Notes: generated from the letters alone by a model not told the origin. A DNA stretch of 64,000 nt from Verrucomicrobiota bacterium (GCA_047947115.1 CP170459.1:256001-320000), one strand, 5' to 3'; counted from the stretch's first letter, positions 47,760 to 57,963 are shown. Numbers and translations: made by a program.

Positions 47760-49865
47760 CTACCGGCGTCCGAGGGGGTGGATGGCTTTGTAATCTCTTT
47801 CCACTTGCCAGACTGCCATGCAACCTTCGGCAACATTCGTATCATTTAGAAACACCATACCTGAACACAACCGACCACGATCGTCATGTAGGACCGGATG
47901 GGTTTCACGAAGAGCATGCGACCATTCTTTGAAGGTATCAAATCCGGCACATTTCAAATCCGGTAACGACACGATGTGCAACTGACCGGCACAACCGGGT
48001 GCGCTGTTGCGGTTCAGTTCCAGCGCGAGACGCCCCATGGTAAAGCGCGGATTGATTTCGATGATGGGTTTCAATTTTGGAATTCCCTCCCGGTCTCGGT
48101 ATATGGCGGCATCGATGCCAATAGGGCCTTTGAACCCAACATTCACCAACAAGGGCTCCAATCGTTCCGCCAATCGATCATACAACTTGGTCATACGATC
48201 CGTCTCCCCATCATGTGCAAACCTAGCGAGTTCCGGCGACAAACCGCGTGTGAAGGAGGGAAGACACAAAGTCCCCTGATACTGACCCCGTGCATCCACA
48301 CGCAAGTGAGTCCACCCAACCGTGCGCAGACCGGTTTCATCCACTTCCCATTGCACGGAAAAATCCACCAGACGATCCAGCCAGGGTTCGATCAACAGCT
48401 TTTTCTCGCGCTTCAACATATTGCGGATTCTGGACACCTGCGGTTCGGTCAATGATTCTTCCCATAGCCGAAGCATATTGCCTCCTGCCGAACCAAAAAT
48501 CGATTTGACCACCGTCCGCGGGTATCCGCTTTTTCGCAATTGATCAATCGCAGTCAAGGCATCGTCCACGCCAGTGACCACCTGCCCGACTGCATCGATG
48601 GGGCACAACCAGCGCAATTCCCCTACATCCTTCAGAAATCCCCTCAGCTGTTGGGCGCCCCAATCCTTCCCAAACAACGGACGAAACTGAGCATCCCAGG
48701 CATCTCCCACGGGTGGAGCTGGACGTGTCAATTGCGGCATGATTGGCTTCATGAGGGAGATGGCATCGGGACTCCAGGCCCATGGCTTGAGGAATCCGAT
48801 CTTGCGATCCAACAGTTCAGAACTTCGCGCAACCTTTCCTGCTTTGAGAACCTCCACTTGAGGCAGTTCGATCCCGGCCTGTTTGAGCGTCACCAGAAAA
48901 TCCAATGAAGGTTCCCGGCGCATCAACACCACATCATCCGATCGACACAAAAACATTGGCAAGGTTTCCAGATCCGTTTCAAAGGAAACCTGACGTTGGT
49001 TCGGAGTGAACCCCGGGCCGGCAGCCAAAAACTGTTCGGCGTAGGGATTGAAATAATAAATCCCCGGGGTACGCCCTTTGGATTTCGAATAGACGTATAA
49101 TCGCTGGATGAAATCCCGATCGAATCCCACGCGTTCACGCCCTTCCACATTGTAGTATTCGGCTTTGGCACGTCGTGGGGACAAAGGAAAGTCCAGTTGT
49201 TCTTCGTAAGCTTCCCAGTCGCTCTGCTCAGGCTTCTTCCACCGGCGGAACCATTTCAATCCGTAACCAACATGTCCAATTTCATCGCGATAAATGCGTT
49301 CGAGCAATTTGTGCGAATCCTCGTCTCCGATCGTTTGAAACTGTGAAGCAAAGAATTTTGAGAAATCCAGATTAGCCTGCTCAAAGGTCAGAGAAAGCCG
49401 ACTGACATAATCCATGGGAGTCTGCATGGGAGCAATCATCTTCCAGAAGAAACCATTGACCGGATACTGCCCGAACTCCACACCCATCGCCTTGAGTCGC
49501 TCCACATAGATTCGGGTGTGTTCCTGTTCGTCTTTCAAAGTCTTCAAAACACCTCGCCGAAAACTGCGGGGAGCGTCAGGAAATTTGAGCAACACCAAAG
49601 CCATCAATTCGGTCGCCAACAATTCGTGATTGGCAAAGAAATGAAGGATTTTGCCTCGGGTCGATTCCTTTTCCAGCGTATGCAAGGGAGGGAAATCTGA
49701 CTTACCCTGCTTGAGAGAAAACTGAAGTTGTTCATCCCGGTGGGGCGCTTCCGGCGATGCAAAAGCCTTCCCCGGCTGTTCGTCCGTGATGACGTCAGGA
49801 CACCAGATTTTGGTTTCCAGATCGGGACTAAACAGAATGCGCTCGGCCAGTTCTCGTAGTTCCAT
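47760..49865 (-). CDS. DUF455 ferritin-like diiron domain fused to an ATP-grasp domain
   Basis: N-terminal NHELLA, DEQEH, FEQANLD, DEIGH; C-terminal VVKSIFGSAG, IEPWL, GPIGID, EINPR. Confidence 0.75.
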   Translation of the reverse strand: MELRELAERILFSPDLETKIWCPDVITDEQPGKAFASPEAPHRDEQLQFSLKQGKSDFPPLHTLEKESTRGKILHFFANHELLATELMALVLLKFPDAPRSFRRGVLKTLKDEQEHTRIYVERLKAMGVEFGQYPVNGFFWKMIAPMQTPMDYVSRLSLTFEQANLDFSKFFASQFQTIGDEDSHKLLERIYRDEIGHVGYGLKWFRRWKKPEQSDWEAYEEQLDFPLSPRRAKAEYYNVEGRERVGFDRDFIQRLYVYSKSKGRTPGIYYFNPYAEQFLAAGPGFTPNQRQVSFETDLETLPMFLCRSDDVVLMRREPSLDFLVTLKQAGIELPQVEVLKAGKVARSSELLDRKIGFLKPWAWSPDAISLMKPIMPQLTRPAPPVGDAWDAQFRPLFGKDWGAQQLRGFLKDVGELRWLCPIDAVGQVVTGVDDALTAIDQLRKSGYPRTVVKSIFGSAGGNMLRLWEESLTEPQVSRIRNMLKREKKLLIEPWLDRLVDFSVQWEVDETGLRTVGWTHLRVDARGQYQGTLCLPSFTRGLSPELARFAHDGETDRMTKLYDRLAERLEPLLVNVGFKGPIGIDAAIYRDREGIPKLKPIIEINPRFTMGRLALELNRNSAPGCAGQLHIVSLPDLKCAGFDTFKEWSHALRETHPVLHDDRGRLCSGMVFLNDTNVAEGCMAVWQVERDYKAIHPLGRR

Positions 49866-49886
49866 GCTCGCCTCCCATCATTCGAA

Positions 49887-50639
49887 TCAAAACATGAACA
49901 GCCGAACCCCGGCAATACCGGAAAAAGCGTATAACAACACTTCGAAAGCTTTTTGCGGGATGCGGTCAATCACCCTCCTCCCGACCAGAATACCGGCAAA
50001 AATTCCTGGCAACAGCAATGCGTCTATTTTGAGAGACCAGGCATTGATGATATCCAGGTCCGTCATGAAGGGAACCTTGATGATGTTAACCAGAAGAAAA
50101 CATCTGGCCCCGATACCCAGGAATTCCATTTTGGGCATTTTATGCACCAGAGCGTAGATGGAATACACCGGCCCGGCCGCATTGGCCATCATGGTGGAGA
50201 TGCCAATGGTCAACCCGCTCCCCCACCGAAAGGATTCGGAATCAGGAAGCTTTTTCAAAAAATCCTGCTTATACCCACGCACCAACTGCAGCACGAGCAT
50301 TACCAGTATGATCAGTCCAATCGATTTGCGGGCGGTGGAATTATCAATGCCTCCAAGCAAGAAATAACCGCCCACAATGCCAACGCAAGTAGGGATCAAT
50401 ATGGGCCAAACCTGAGACCATGTTGCATGGCGGCGAAACATGGGGAACACGGTCACATCGCACACAATCAACAAGGGCAGGATCAACCCCACTGATTGCT
50501 TTGCGCCGAACAATTCGGCCATGATCAAAACATTGACCAAAGCCATTCCGGGGAAACCCGTCTTGGAAAATCCCAGGCTGAACGCTCCCAACAGGGCCAG
50601 TGCCCAATGGGAAACAGTGATTTCAGATATTTCGATCAA
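49887..50639 (-). CDS. TauE/SafE-family transporter
   Basis: G-SKTG-PG, G-ILPLLI--D and TMMANAAGP motifs; about 8 TM segments. Confidence 0.85.
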   Translation of the reverse strand: MIEISEITVSHWALALLGAFSLGFSKTGFPGMALVNVLIMAELFGAKQSVGLILPLLIVCDVTVFPMFRRHATWSQVWPILIPTCVGIVGGYFLLGGIDNSTARKSIGLIILVMLVLQLVRGYKQDFLKKLPDSESFRWGSGLTIGISTMMANAAGPVYSIYALVHKMPKMEFLGIGARCFLLVNIIKVPFMTDLDIINAWSLKIDALLLPGIFAGILVGRRVIDRIPQKAFEVLLYAFSGIAGVRLFMF

Positions 50640-50725
50640 AAGCGTCGGCTATGAAATAGGTGGCTGTTCAGGTTGAATATTTATCAGGGAGATACATCCA
50701 TCGGATTGACAAAGAATTTCATCCA

Positions 50726-51103
50726 TTAGATATGACGCGAATCCGAGTGGTCCTTCTCGGTGTAGCCGGATTCCTGCCGTTTGAAATTCACTTCATTCTT
50801 TTTCACGTAAGCCTGGAAAACATCGTCTGCACTCATCCCGAGAACCTGAGCCAGGCTGATCAGGAAATGGAATAAATCCACCACCTCGACCCGGGCGTTC
50901 TGCTCGTCAAACTTCTGGTACTTGGCCCACCATTTCCAAGGAACACTATCGGTGAGTTCGGCCATTTCCTGCCCCATCGCCCGGCAGTAATTCAAGACCC
51001 ACTCGGTCTTTTGCTCCTCGGTCATGGTATCGGTGTGCACACCGATCCGCTCGTTCAACGCCTTCTGCATGCGAAACAATTCGCGCAATTGATCCTGTTC
51101 CAT
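50726..51103 (-). CDS. All-alpha (dimeric) dUTPase / NTP pyrophosphatase
   Basis: QE-AEL, WKWW, EVVDLFHF, Y--KN-VN--RQ--GY. Confidence 0.85.
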   Translation of the reverse strand: MEQDQLRELFRMQKALNERIGVHTDTMTEEQKTEWVLNYCRAMGQEMAELTDSVPWKWWAKYQKFDEQNARVEVVDLFHFLISLAQVLGMSADDVFQAYVKKNEVNFKRQESGYTEKDHSDSRHI

Positions 51104-51370
51104 ACCGAGGGAGCATAGGCCGGGCCATTGGAAGCTGACAATGCACAAATTAACAGGATCAAATACGCTCCACTCAGTCAGGATTGCTTGCCAAATAACA
51201 TTTTAATCCCTCCCCGCCCCCCGCAGCAACAACGTGGGCTTTGGTTAAAGAAACTTTTTGCCTCACCAGAGCCATTAAGCAGGGCTGTGCGAAGGCAAGA
51301 AACCATTACTTCCCCCTGGCAGCGCGATCTTGCATCGATCAGCACATCGTGCAACAATTCAGCCATCGAT

Positions 51371-51583
51371 ATGAGCGCAGTAACAGTTTCACCTAAATTC
51401 CAAGTGGTCATTCCCAAAGAGGTTAGGGATGGTTTAAATTTGGCGCCCGGCGACCGAGTCGAGGTTATCCAGCTTGAAGGACGCATTGAGCTTGTTCCTA
51501 TTAGACCGGTTAAATCAATGAAAGGATTCCTAAAAGGCATAGAGAATACGTTTGAAAAGGAAAACGACAGATGCCTACCGTAA
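51371..51583 (+). CDS. vapB: AbrB/MazE-family antitoxin (VapB)
   Basis: VTVSPKFQVVIPKEVR--LNL-PGD; overlaps the vapC start. Confidence 0.88.
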   Translation: MSAVTVSPKFQVVIPKEVRDGLNLAPGDRVEVIQLEGRIELVPIRPVKSMKGFLKGIENTFEKENDRCLP

Positions 51584-51960
51584 TCGATTCATCAGGTTGG
51601 ATAGAGTATTTTACCGATGGCCCGAATTGCGATTTTTTCGAACCGGCCATTCTGAACTTCAGTGATTTGATTGTTCCGTCGATAACGATTACGGAAGTTT
51701 TTCGATGGGTGATGCGTGAATCCTCAGTAGCAGATGCGCTTTCCATTGCTGCGACGATGAAACAGGGCAAAGTGGTCCCTTTAGATGATCGACTGGCGAT
51801 CCTGGCAGCGGAACTAAGCCACCGCCACCAGTTGAGGTTGGCAGACGGAATCATCTACGCAACAGCGCGTTATTCCAAGTCAGAATTACTTTCACAAGAT
51901 AGTGATCTCGAGCCATTGCCCGGCGTTCGCTACGTTCGTCACCCTAAACGGAGTAGATAA
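51571..51960 (+). CDS. vapC: PIN-domain toxin VapC
   Basis: VIDSSGWIEY, TEV, LADGIIYATA, SQD-D acidic residues. Confidence 0.9.
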   Translation: MPTVIDSSGWIEYFTDGPNCDFFEPAILNFSDLIVPSITITEVFRWVMRESSVADALSIAATMKQGKVVPLDDRLAILAAELSHRHQLRLADGIIYATARYSKSELLSQDSDLEPLPGVRYVRHPKRSR

Positions 51961-52040
51961 CCCTTTTCAACCAGGGGAGAATTTCGGAACAACCCTGGTG
52001 ATTGCCTTTACCGAAGGGTTCGGGCATAGTGCGCACAATT

Positions 52041-53630
52041 GTGAGCAAAATTATAGAAAGTCAATCGCCCATCACGGTAGGCATGATCTCGCTTGGATGT
52101 GCCAAGAACCTGGTGGATTCTGAAATCATGCTGGGGCACCTGATGAAGGATGGTCTATCCATCACAAATGATCCAGAGGAAGCGGATGTCCTGATCGTCA
52201 ACACCTGTTCGTTCATCGACAGCGCCCAGGAGGAGAGCGTGGATACGATCCTGGAGTCTTCGGAGCTTCGCAAAGCGAAGAATCGTGGTCAGGGCTTGGT
52301 GGTCGCGGGCTGCCTGACACAGCGTTACAGCAAGGAACTCCCCAAACTGCTTCCTGAAGTGGACGTCTTCATGGGCATTGATCAGGTCGGGGAAGTGTCC
52401 AATCTCGTCAAACTGGCCCATCAACATCGAAAAAGCAAAGTCTCGCGGCCGCGGAAAAAGAAGGCAGATTCCGAAACGGCCAAACCAGCCCCCAAAGTCG
52501 AACAAGCGCCCATCATGGACGTGACCGCGCGTCCTGTTTACATTCCGGACTACACCACACCGCGTTTCCGGTTGACTCCGCATCATTTCGCTTATTTGAA
52601 AATCGCAGAGGGATGCAATCATCCATGCAGTTTCTGCATCATTCCCCGGATGCGAGGTTCGCATCGCAGCCGAAAACCCGAGGACATATTGGAGGAAGCA
52701 AAAGCCATGATCCGGGATGGCGTGAAGGAGATCAACCTGATCTCCCAGGATTCCACCTACTACGGCATGGACCTGCGTAAAGATCCTCGGCGCAACATCG
52801 CTTCTCCCCAAAAATTCAAAGAAGCCTCGGACGCACTCCCGGAAGATGCGACCACGCTATCCTCCCTTTTAAGACAGTTGAACGCCCTGGAGGGAGATTT
52901 CTGGGTGCGTATCCTGTATACGCACCCGGCCCACTGGACCGATGAACTGATCCGGACCATTGCCGAGTGCGAAAAGGTGGTCAAATACGTGGATATCCCC
53001 TTGCAGCACATTCATTCCACGATGCTGGAACGTATGCGAAGAGAAACGAGCCGTGAATACATCGAGGAGTTGATTCAGCGCATTCGGAAAGGCATTCCGG
53101 GCATCGCGATCAGAACCACGTTTATCGTTGGTTTTCCTGGGGAAACGGAGGGCTCCTTCGAATCGCTCCTGGATTTTATCCGCGAAACCAAATTCGAACG
53201 ACTGGGAGTCTTTGGATATTCCCATGAGGAAGGAACCCGAGCCGGAGGCATGGCAAACCAAGTGGACGATCTTGTCAAAGAAGCACGCAAAGCAGAAGCG
53301 ATGGAAGCCCAACTGGATGTCGCCAAGGAAATCGCAGCCGCACAAAAAGGCAAAATCATGAGGGTGCTTGTGGAAGGCCCCGCGGATCAACAGGTGATTG
53401 AAGAGGCAAACATCCAGTCCTGGGAACACGGATTCACGCGCAGTGGAACACCATCCGAAACGTTTACGCCGGATATGAGCGAACCCTGGATGATCGCCCG
53501 TGGCGAATCCGATGCCCCCGACATCGATGGAAGGATCTACATCCGAGGCGATCTGGAACCACATCAATTTCATCAGGTCCGGGTTGTCGGTAGCACGGAT
53601 TACGATCTGATTGCAGAACCGGTTCTCTAA
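52041..53630 (+). CDS. rimO: Ribosomal protein S12 methylthiotransferase RimO
   Basis: SLGCAKNLVDSE, NTCSFI, GCL-QRY, radical SAM motif CNHPCSFC, DAPDIDG; start codon uncertain. Confidence 0.95.
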   Translation: MSKIIESQSPITVGMISLGCAKNLVDSEIMLGHLMKDGLSITNDPEEADVLIVNTCSFIDSAQEESVDTILESSELRKAKNRGQGLVVAGCLTQRYSKELPKLLPEVDVFMGIDQVGEVSNLVKLAHQHRKSKVSRPRKKKADSETAKPAPKVEQAPIMDVTARPVYIPDYTTPRFRLTPHHFAYLKIAEGCNHPCSFCIIPRMRGSHRSRKPEDILEEAKAMIRDGVKEINLISQDSTYYGMDLRKDPRRNIASPQKFKEASDALPEDATTLSSLLRQLNALEGDFWVRILYTHPAHWTDELIRTIAECEKVVKYVDIPLQHIHSTMLERMRRETSREYIEELIQRIRKGIPGIAIRTTFIVGFPGETEGSFESLLDFIRETKFERLGVFGYSHEEGTRAGGMANQVDDLVKEARKAEAMEAQLDVAKEIAAAQKGKIMRVLVEGPADQQVIEEANIQSWEHGFTRSGTPSETFTPDMSEPWMIARGESDAPDIDGRIYIRGDLEPHQFHQVRVVGSTDYDLIAEPVL

Positions 53631-53635
53631 TCTGT

Positions 53636-54763
53636 ATGGAAAGTAAAGCCGTGAACATTTTAATTGCACCCGATAAATTCAAGGGAACTTTGACCGGAAT
53701 CGAAGCGGCTCGATGCATGCGCAGTGGATGGAGGAAGCGACGTCCCAAGGATAAGCTTCGGTTGTTGCCGATCTGCGACGGAGGAGACGGGTTCGGGGAA
53801 GCCCTGGCCAATCTGGAAGGCGCACACAAAATGAGTTGCCAAACCATGGATGCCGCCCACCGCCCTATTCGAACCCACTGGTGGTGGCAACCTGAAAAGA
53901 GAATGGCCATTATCGAAACCGCTTTGGTGATCGGCTTGGCCCAACTCCCCAAGGGACGATATCATCCCTTTGATCTGGACACATTTGGACTGGGAAAAAT
54001 GCTCCTGCAAGCAGCAGCCAAAGGAGCGCGCACCTGCGTCATCGGCATCGGCGGGAGTGCCACCAATGATGGAGGATTTGGCATGGCTAGAGCTTTGGGA
54101 TGGCGATTCCTGGATGCAAAGGGGAAGGAAATACTTGAGTGGCCCCAGTTGACTGCATTGACCAACCTTCAGCGCCCTTCAAAACGAAAATTGTTCCCAA
54201 ACCTCATCATCGCATCCGATGTCACCAACATCCTTCTCGGAACTGAAGGTGCGTCCCGCATCTATGGACCACAGAAAGGTTTAAGAGCAAAGGATATGGC
54301 CAGATCCGAAGCTTGCCTCAAGCAACTTGCAATCCACGTAGACCCGCGTCAAGGCAAGCCATACCAGACCATGCCAGGAACAGGAGCGGCCGGCGGCCTG
54401 GGTTATGGTTTGATGGCTTTTCTTAGTGGCAAAGCGCAGTCCGGATTTGATTACTTCTGCAAACGATCAAAATTGGAGCACCATATTGACTGGGCGGACC
54501 TCGTTTTGACCGGTGAAGGCTCGCTGGACAAGTCCAGTTTGATGGGAAAAGGCGTTGGTGGCGTCGCCTTAAAATGTCAGGAAAGAAACACTCCCTGCAT
54601 TGGACTGGGAGGCATGATCAAGCATAAAAAAATCATTAATCAATTATTTCAAAACACTTACGCAATTGCACCTGAATTGACAGACGCCGAAAATGCTCAA
54701 GCTAATGCGGCAAAATGGCTCACATTATTAGCAACAAAGGCATCCTCTGACATTCAATTGTAA
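53636..54763 (+). CDS. Glycerate kinase
   Basis: IAPDKFKG, DGGDG, GIGGSATNDGG, YGPQKG, GAAGGLG, TGEG. Confidence 0.93.
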   Translation: MESKAVNILIAPDKFKGTLTGIEAARCMRSGWRKRRPKDKLRLLPICDGGDGFGEALANLEGAHKMSCQTMDAAHRPIRTHWWWQPEKRMAIIETALVIGLAQLPKGRYHPFDLDTFGLGKMLLQAAAKGARTCVIGIGGSATNDGGFGMARALGWRFLDAKGKEILEWPQLTALTNLQRPSKRKLFPNLIIASDVTNILLGTEGASRIYGPQKGLRAKDMARSEACLKQLAIHVDPRQGKPYQTMPGTGAAGGLGYGLMAFLSGKAQSGFDYFCKRSKLEHHIDWADLVLTGEGSLDKSSLMGKGVGGVALKCQERNTPCIGLGGMIKHKKIINQLFQNTYAIAPELTDAENAQANAAKWLTLLATKASSDIQL

Positions 54764-54867
54764 AGAAGTCTTGGGCTTTACTTCAAAATAGGGTAGCATG
54801 TCCACCAATTACGGAATTGATTTCCGAATTTGAACTCAGGCGACCGGTTTCGGTCCAACAGCAGACA

Positions 54868-55113
54868 ATGAAGTTGAACAAGAACGTGAAGCAAACTACA
54901 GAACTTGAGATAGGACAACTCTGGAAGGTTGGGGAATTTCATATCGAAATAGTCCAAATTGGCAAAACCCTCTGCCATTACAGACATTTACGCAATCTTG
55001 GTCAGAAAGGTATCCCCGTAAAACTGGAGCAATTACAGGTCGTTAAGAAATACCTGCGCACGAACAAGGCGGAACTTGTTGGCAATAAGAAGAAGAAAGC
55101 GGCTCGGAAATAG
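54868..55113 (+). CDS. Small basic hypothetical protein
   Basis: 81-aa ORF with LEIGQLWK (SH3/KOW-like start) and a Lys-rich tail. Confidence 0.55.
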   Translation: MKLNKNVKQTTELEIGQLWKVGEFHIEIVQIGKTLCHYRHLRNLGQKGIPVKLEQLQVVKKYLRTNKAELVGNKKKKAARK

Positions 55114-55191
55114 ATTCCCCGAAAAACGAAATTTCAACCACGAACGCCCGCATGTTTCATCTTGCGGGCGTTTTGCTCGCAGATGGCGACG

Positions 55192-55497
55192 TCATTGGGC
55201 AATCAAAAGAGCCACACGGCAGATGGCAAGCGGGAGCGTCTCGGCGACCACTTCGGTGCTGGTACTGGGGTCGGAACCATAGCGCGCAAAATACGGTTTG
55301 GATCGTATCTGGGTTTTACCGGTATTAATCGTCACACCAAATTCGGATTTTAGAGCGCGCTTGACCTTGTTGGACTCCTTGTCATCTGTTGAATAGGGGG
55401 GACAGTTGTCCACACCGGACACCCCAAAGACCTGCGAATGGATTGCAAGGTCCAGGGTTTGCCCCGGTTGGGCTTGATATGGATCTGTTATTTCCAT
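55192..55497 (-). CDS. Small protein resembling the phage ABA-sandwich domain
   Basis: MEITDP...LD-AI---VFG...PPYSTD...AET-PLAICR-AL; the longer track ORF is an artefact extending into the IS. Confidence 0.6.
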   Translation of the reverse strand: MEITDPYQAQPGQTLDLAIHSQVFGVSGVDNCPPYSTDDKESNKVKRALKSEFGVTINTGKTQIRSKPYFARYGSDPSTSTEVVAETLPLAICRVALLIAQ

Positions 55498-55560
55498 GGA
55501 GCTTAATATTAATTCTTGGTTGATCGACGACTGATGGTTGCGTTGAGCGGAGGACCCTAA

Positions 55561-57043
55561 CAGCCCGTTTAATAAGTGCCAATTTCGAAAAACCGAATGA
55601 TCCGAATCTCGTCCGGCTTCGATTTCATCAAGCTGCATAATAAAATGGTGGAAATCAGTAAAAGGACGGCGGGAGCCATATTTATCGCCCCCTGAGTCAT
55701 CCATTCGCCAAAAATTATGACAAAAGCAGCCGTCAAAGCGGTAGCGAGGCTCGCTTCCCAGTTTCTTGGCTTGGCGAGGCCAAAGATTTTCCGCATCAGC
55801 AATCCGAGGTTGAATGCTGCGCACTTCAGTGTGTGAATCTTGGTGACATTTTCCATTCCCTGGAGCCAGGTTCGACGTCCAGCTCCTGTTTCGCACACAT
55901 GAGCAAATGTTCGCTCCACAAGTTCGCTTCGTTTTCGACTCAGTCGCTTACCCTTGACACTCCGAACTCTTCGTCGATTACCACGGAATGCGTGTTCGTA
56001 GCTTTCCGGCTTGTCCACCCACTTACGCTTCTTTTGCTTCTTCTCTGGTATGTATGTGCGGATACCCCACTGCGTGAGCCGTTCCAACAATGCGTTGCTG
56101 TGATATCCCTTGTCCATCACCGCCTCTTCAACGGTCCTTTCTGATTCGATTAATTGTAGATTGGCTTCAGCCAAGATGAGGCTCTCAGGCCCCGTGGTTG
56201 TATCGCCTTGATCTGCATGTGTGACATGACAAGAAACAATTGCCTCGGTTTCCAAGTCCACCGAATGTTCAGCCTTATATGCAAGATGTGTGCGCCCATC
56301 TTTCATCTTGGTAATGCGGCTGTCCGGATCTGACTTGCTTTGCCATTCTTTGTTGGAAACTTTCTTCCCCTTGCGCCCTCGGTCGATGCGCTGAATGTCT
56401 TCATCACTCGGATTTTCAATGCCTTCTTCTTTGGCCAGTTCACGAAGGTATTCTTTCCAATCCTCACCCGTCCCTTTGCGCACGATGCTACGCATGGCTG
56501 CATTGGCTTCCAGGGTGGTGGCATCAACACCAAGAGTTTTTCCCTTCAAAAGCTTTTTCTCTTTGAGTTGTTCAAGGACAAAAAGGAAAACCTTGTGAAA
56601 CACTTCATCGGACAAGCGTTGACGGATAATTGTCATCGATGCGTGAACAGGAGTTTTCTCTGTCAAACTGATGCCGAGAAATTCACGCAGGCAAAGGCTA
56701 TCATGACATCTCCATGCGATACCACGTTGACTGTTGAGCCCTTCAAAGTATCCGATGAAAATCATCCGGAAATAAATACCGGGCGCAATGCCTGGCCTAC
56801 CAAAATTCTTGTAAAACGGGGCGCACAACTCTTCGACATAAGCATCAAATCCGCACTCATCAAAAACCTGATTGAGTTTGGAATAAAACGGGTGAGCCGG
56901 CGTTTTGGGAATCTGATTGGAGGCAATGAACAGTTCTTGCTGTTTCGTTTTCCGTTTGCCAAGTGCCATGGCAAATACTTTACTTGATCATGTGATCAAT
57001 CACGAATCTTTTCGTGAAGAATTGTGACTTTTTTAACGGGCTG
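55561..57043 (-). mobile_element. Insertion sequence, 1483 bp, IS1182/IS5-like
   Basis: Terminal inverted repeats CAGCCCGTTTAATAAGT and ACTTTTTTAACGGGCTG; 4-bp direct repeat CTAA at 55557-55560 and 57044-57047. Confidence 0.92.
55569..56969 (-). CDS. DDE transposase with a DUF772-like N-terminus
   Basis: GRP-I-P, S-RGI, VDAT---ANA, DPD, YK, DKGY, R---VER-FA. Confidence 0.92.
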   Translation of the reverse strand: MALGKRKTKQQELFIASNQIPKTPAHPFYSKLNQVFDECGFDAYVEELCAPFYKNFGRPGIAPGIYFRMIFIGYFEGLNSQRGIAWRCHDSLCLREFLGISLTEKTPVHASMTIIRQRLSDEVFHKVFLFVLEQLKEKKLLKGKTLGVDATTLEANAAMRSIVRKGTGEDWKEYLRELAKEEGIENPSDEDIQRIDRGRKGKKVSNKEWQSKSDPDSRITKMKDGRTHLAYKAEHSVDLETEAIVSCHVTHADQGDTTTGPESLILAEANLQLIESERTVEEAVMDKGYHSNALLERLTQWGIRTYIPEKKQKKRKWVDKPESYEHAFRGNRRRVRSVKGKRLSRKRSELVERTFAHVCETGAGRRTWLQGMENVTKIHTLKCAAFNLGLLMRKIFGLAKPRNWEASLATALTAAFVIIFGEWMTQGAINMAPAVLLLISTILLCSLMKSKPDEIRIIRFFEIGTY

Positions 57044-57219
57044 CTAAGCGAAGAAAATGAAGCATTTCAAATGAAAACTTCCACCACCTTATCTCAATGA
57101 GCATCCAGAAATTTCCCTCTCTTGATGAACACCCGGCAGAATAAGTTCCAAGCTCATTCAAACTCGGCGACGAAACATCGTTGACAACAAGGCAAAAACC
57201 ACGAACAAATGAGCTGGAT

Positions 57220-57963
57220 ATGGGGCAACTAAACGAAAAAATTGCGGTCGTGACCGGCGCTGGACGAGGGATCGGCAAGGCCATCGCTCTTCAATTCGCA
57301 AGAGAAGGAGCGGATGTGGTCTGCCTCTCCCGAACGGCTGAGAACGCCGAAGCGGCTGCCAAAGAGGTCAGGGAACTGGGACGAAAAGCCTGGGCTTTTG
57401 CTGTGGACGTCTCCAGCAGCGAAGCCACGCAGCAGGCCGCTGCAAACATCTTGAAGGAAACCGGACGCGTTGACATCCTGGTCAACAACGCCGGGGTCAC
57501 TCGAGACGACCTGCTCATGCGGATGAGTGACGAGGCTTGGGACACCGTTTTGGACACCAACCTCAAAGGAGCATTCACCCTGTGCAAGGCTTTCTCACGT
57601 CCGTTGATGAAACAACGAAGCGGCTGCATCATCAACATTTCTTCCGTGATCGGACTGATGGGCAATGCCGGACAAACCAACTACGCGGCAAGTAAAGCGG
57701 GCTTGATCGGCTTAACCAAATCCATTGCCAGGGAACTCGCTGCCCGAAACGTCACTTGCAACGCCATTGCCCCGGGATTCATCGAAACCGATATGACGGC
57801 AGAACTGAACGAGGATCAAAAACAGGCTATTTTGAATCAAATACCACTGAGGCAATTGGGCCAGCCCGAGGACATTGCCTTGGCAGCCGTTTACCTTGCC
57901 GGACACGGCGGAAAATATGTCACCGGACAGGTCCTGACAGTGGATGGCGGCATGGTGATGTAA
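57220..57963 (+). CDS. fabG: 3-oxoacyl-ACP reductase
   Basis: TGAGRGIG, NNAGVTRD, GNAGQTNYAASK, APGFIETDMT; upstream of acpP. Confidence 0.96.
   Translation: MGQLNEKIAVVTGAGRGIGKAIALQFAREGADVVCLSRTAENAEAAAKEVRELGRKAWAFAVDVSSSEATQQAAANILKETGRVDILVNNAGVTRDDLLMRMSDEAWDTVLDTNLKGAFTLCKAFSRPLMKQRSGCIINISSVIGLMGNAGQTNYAASKAGLIGLTKSIARELAARNVTCNAIAPGFIETDMTAELNEDQKQAILNQIPLRQLGQPEDIALAAVYLAGHGGKYVTGQVLTVDGGMVM

Noticed and set aside
50726..55497. Prophage remnant (dimeric dUTPase, VapBC, ABA-sandwich-like gene)
   Set aside because: These genes are interspersed with rimO and glycerate kinase, and there are no structural, terminase or integrase genes.
55192..55896. 234-aa ORF as a single gene
   Set aside because: Its 5' half lies inside the IS, across the terminal repeat and duplication; only 55192-55497 looks like a real gene.
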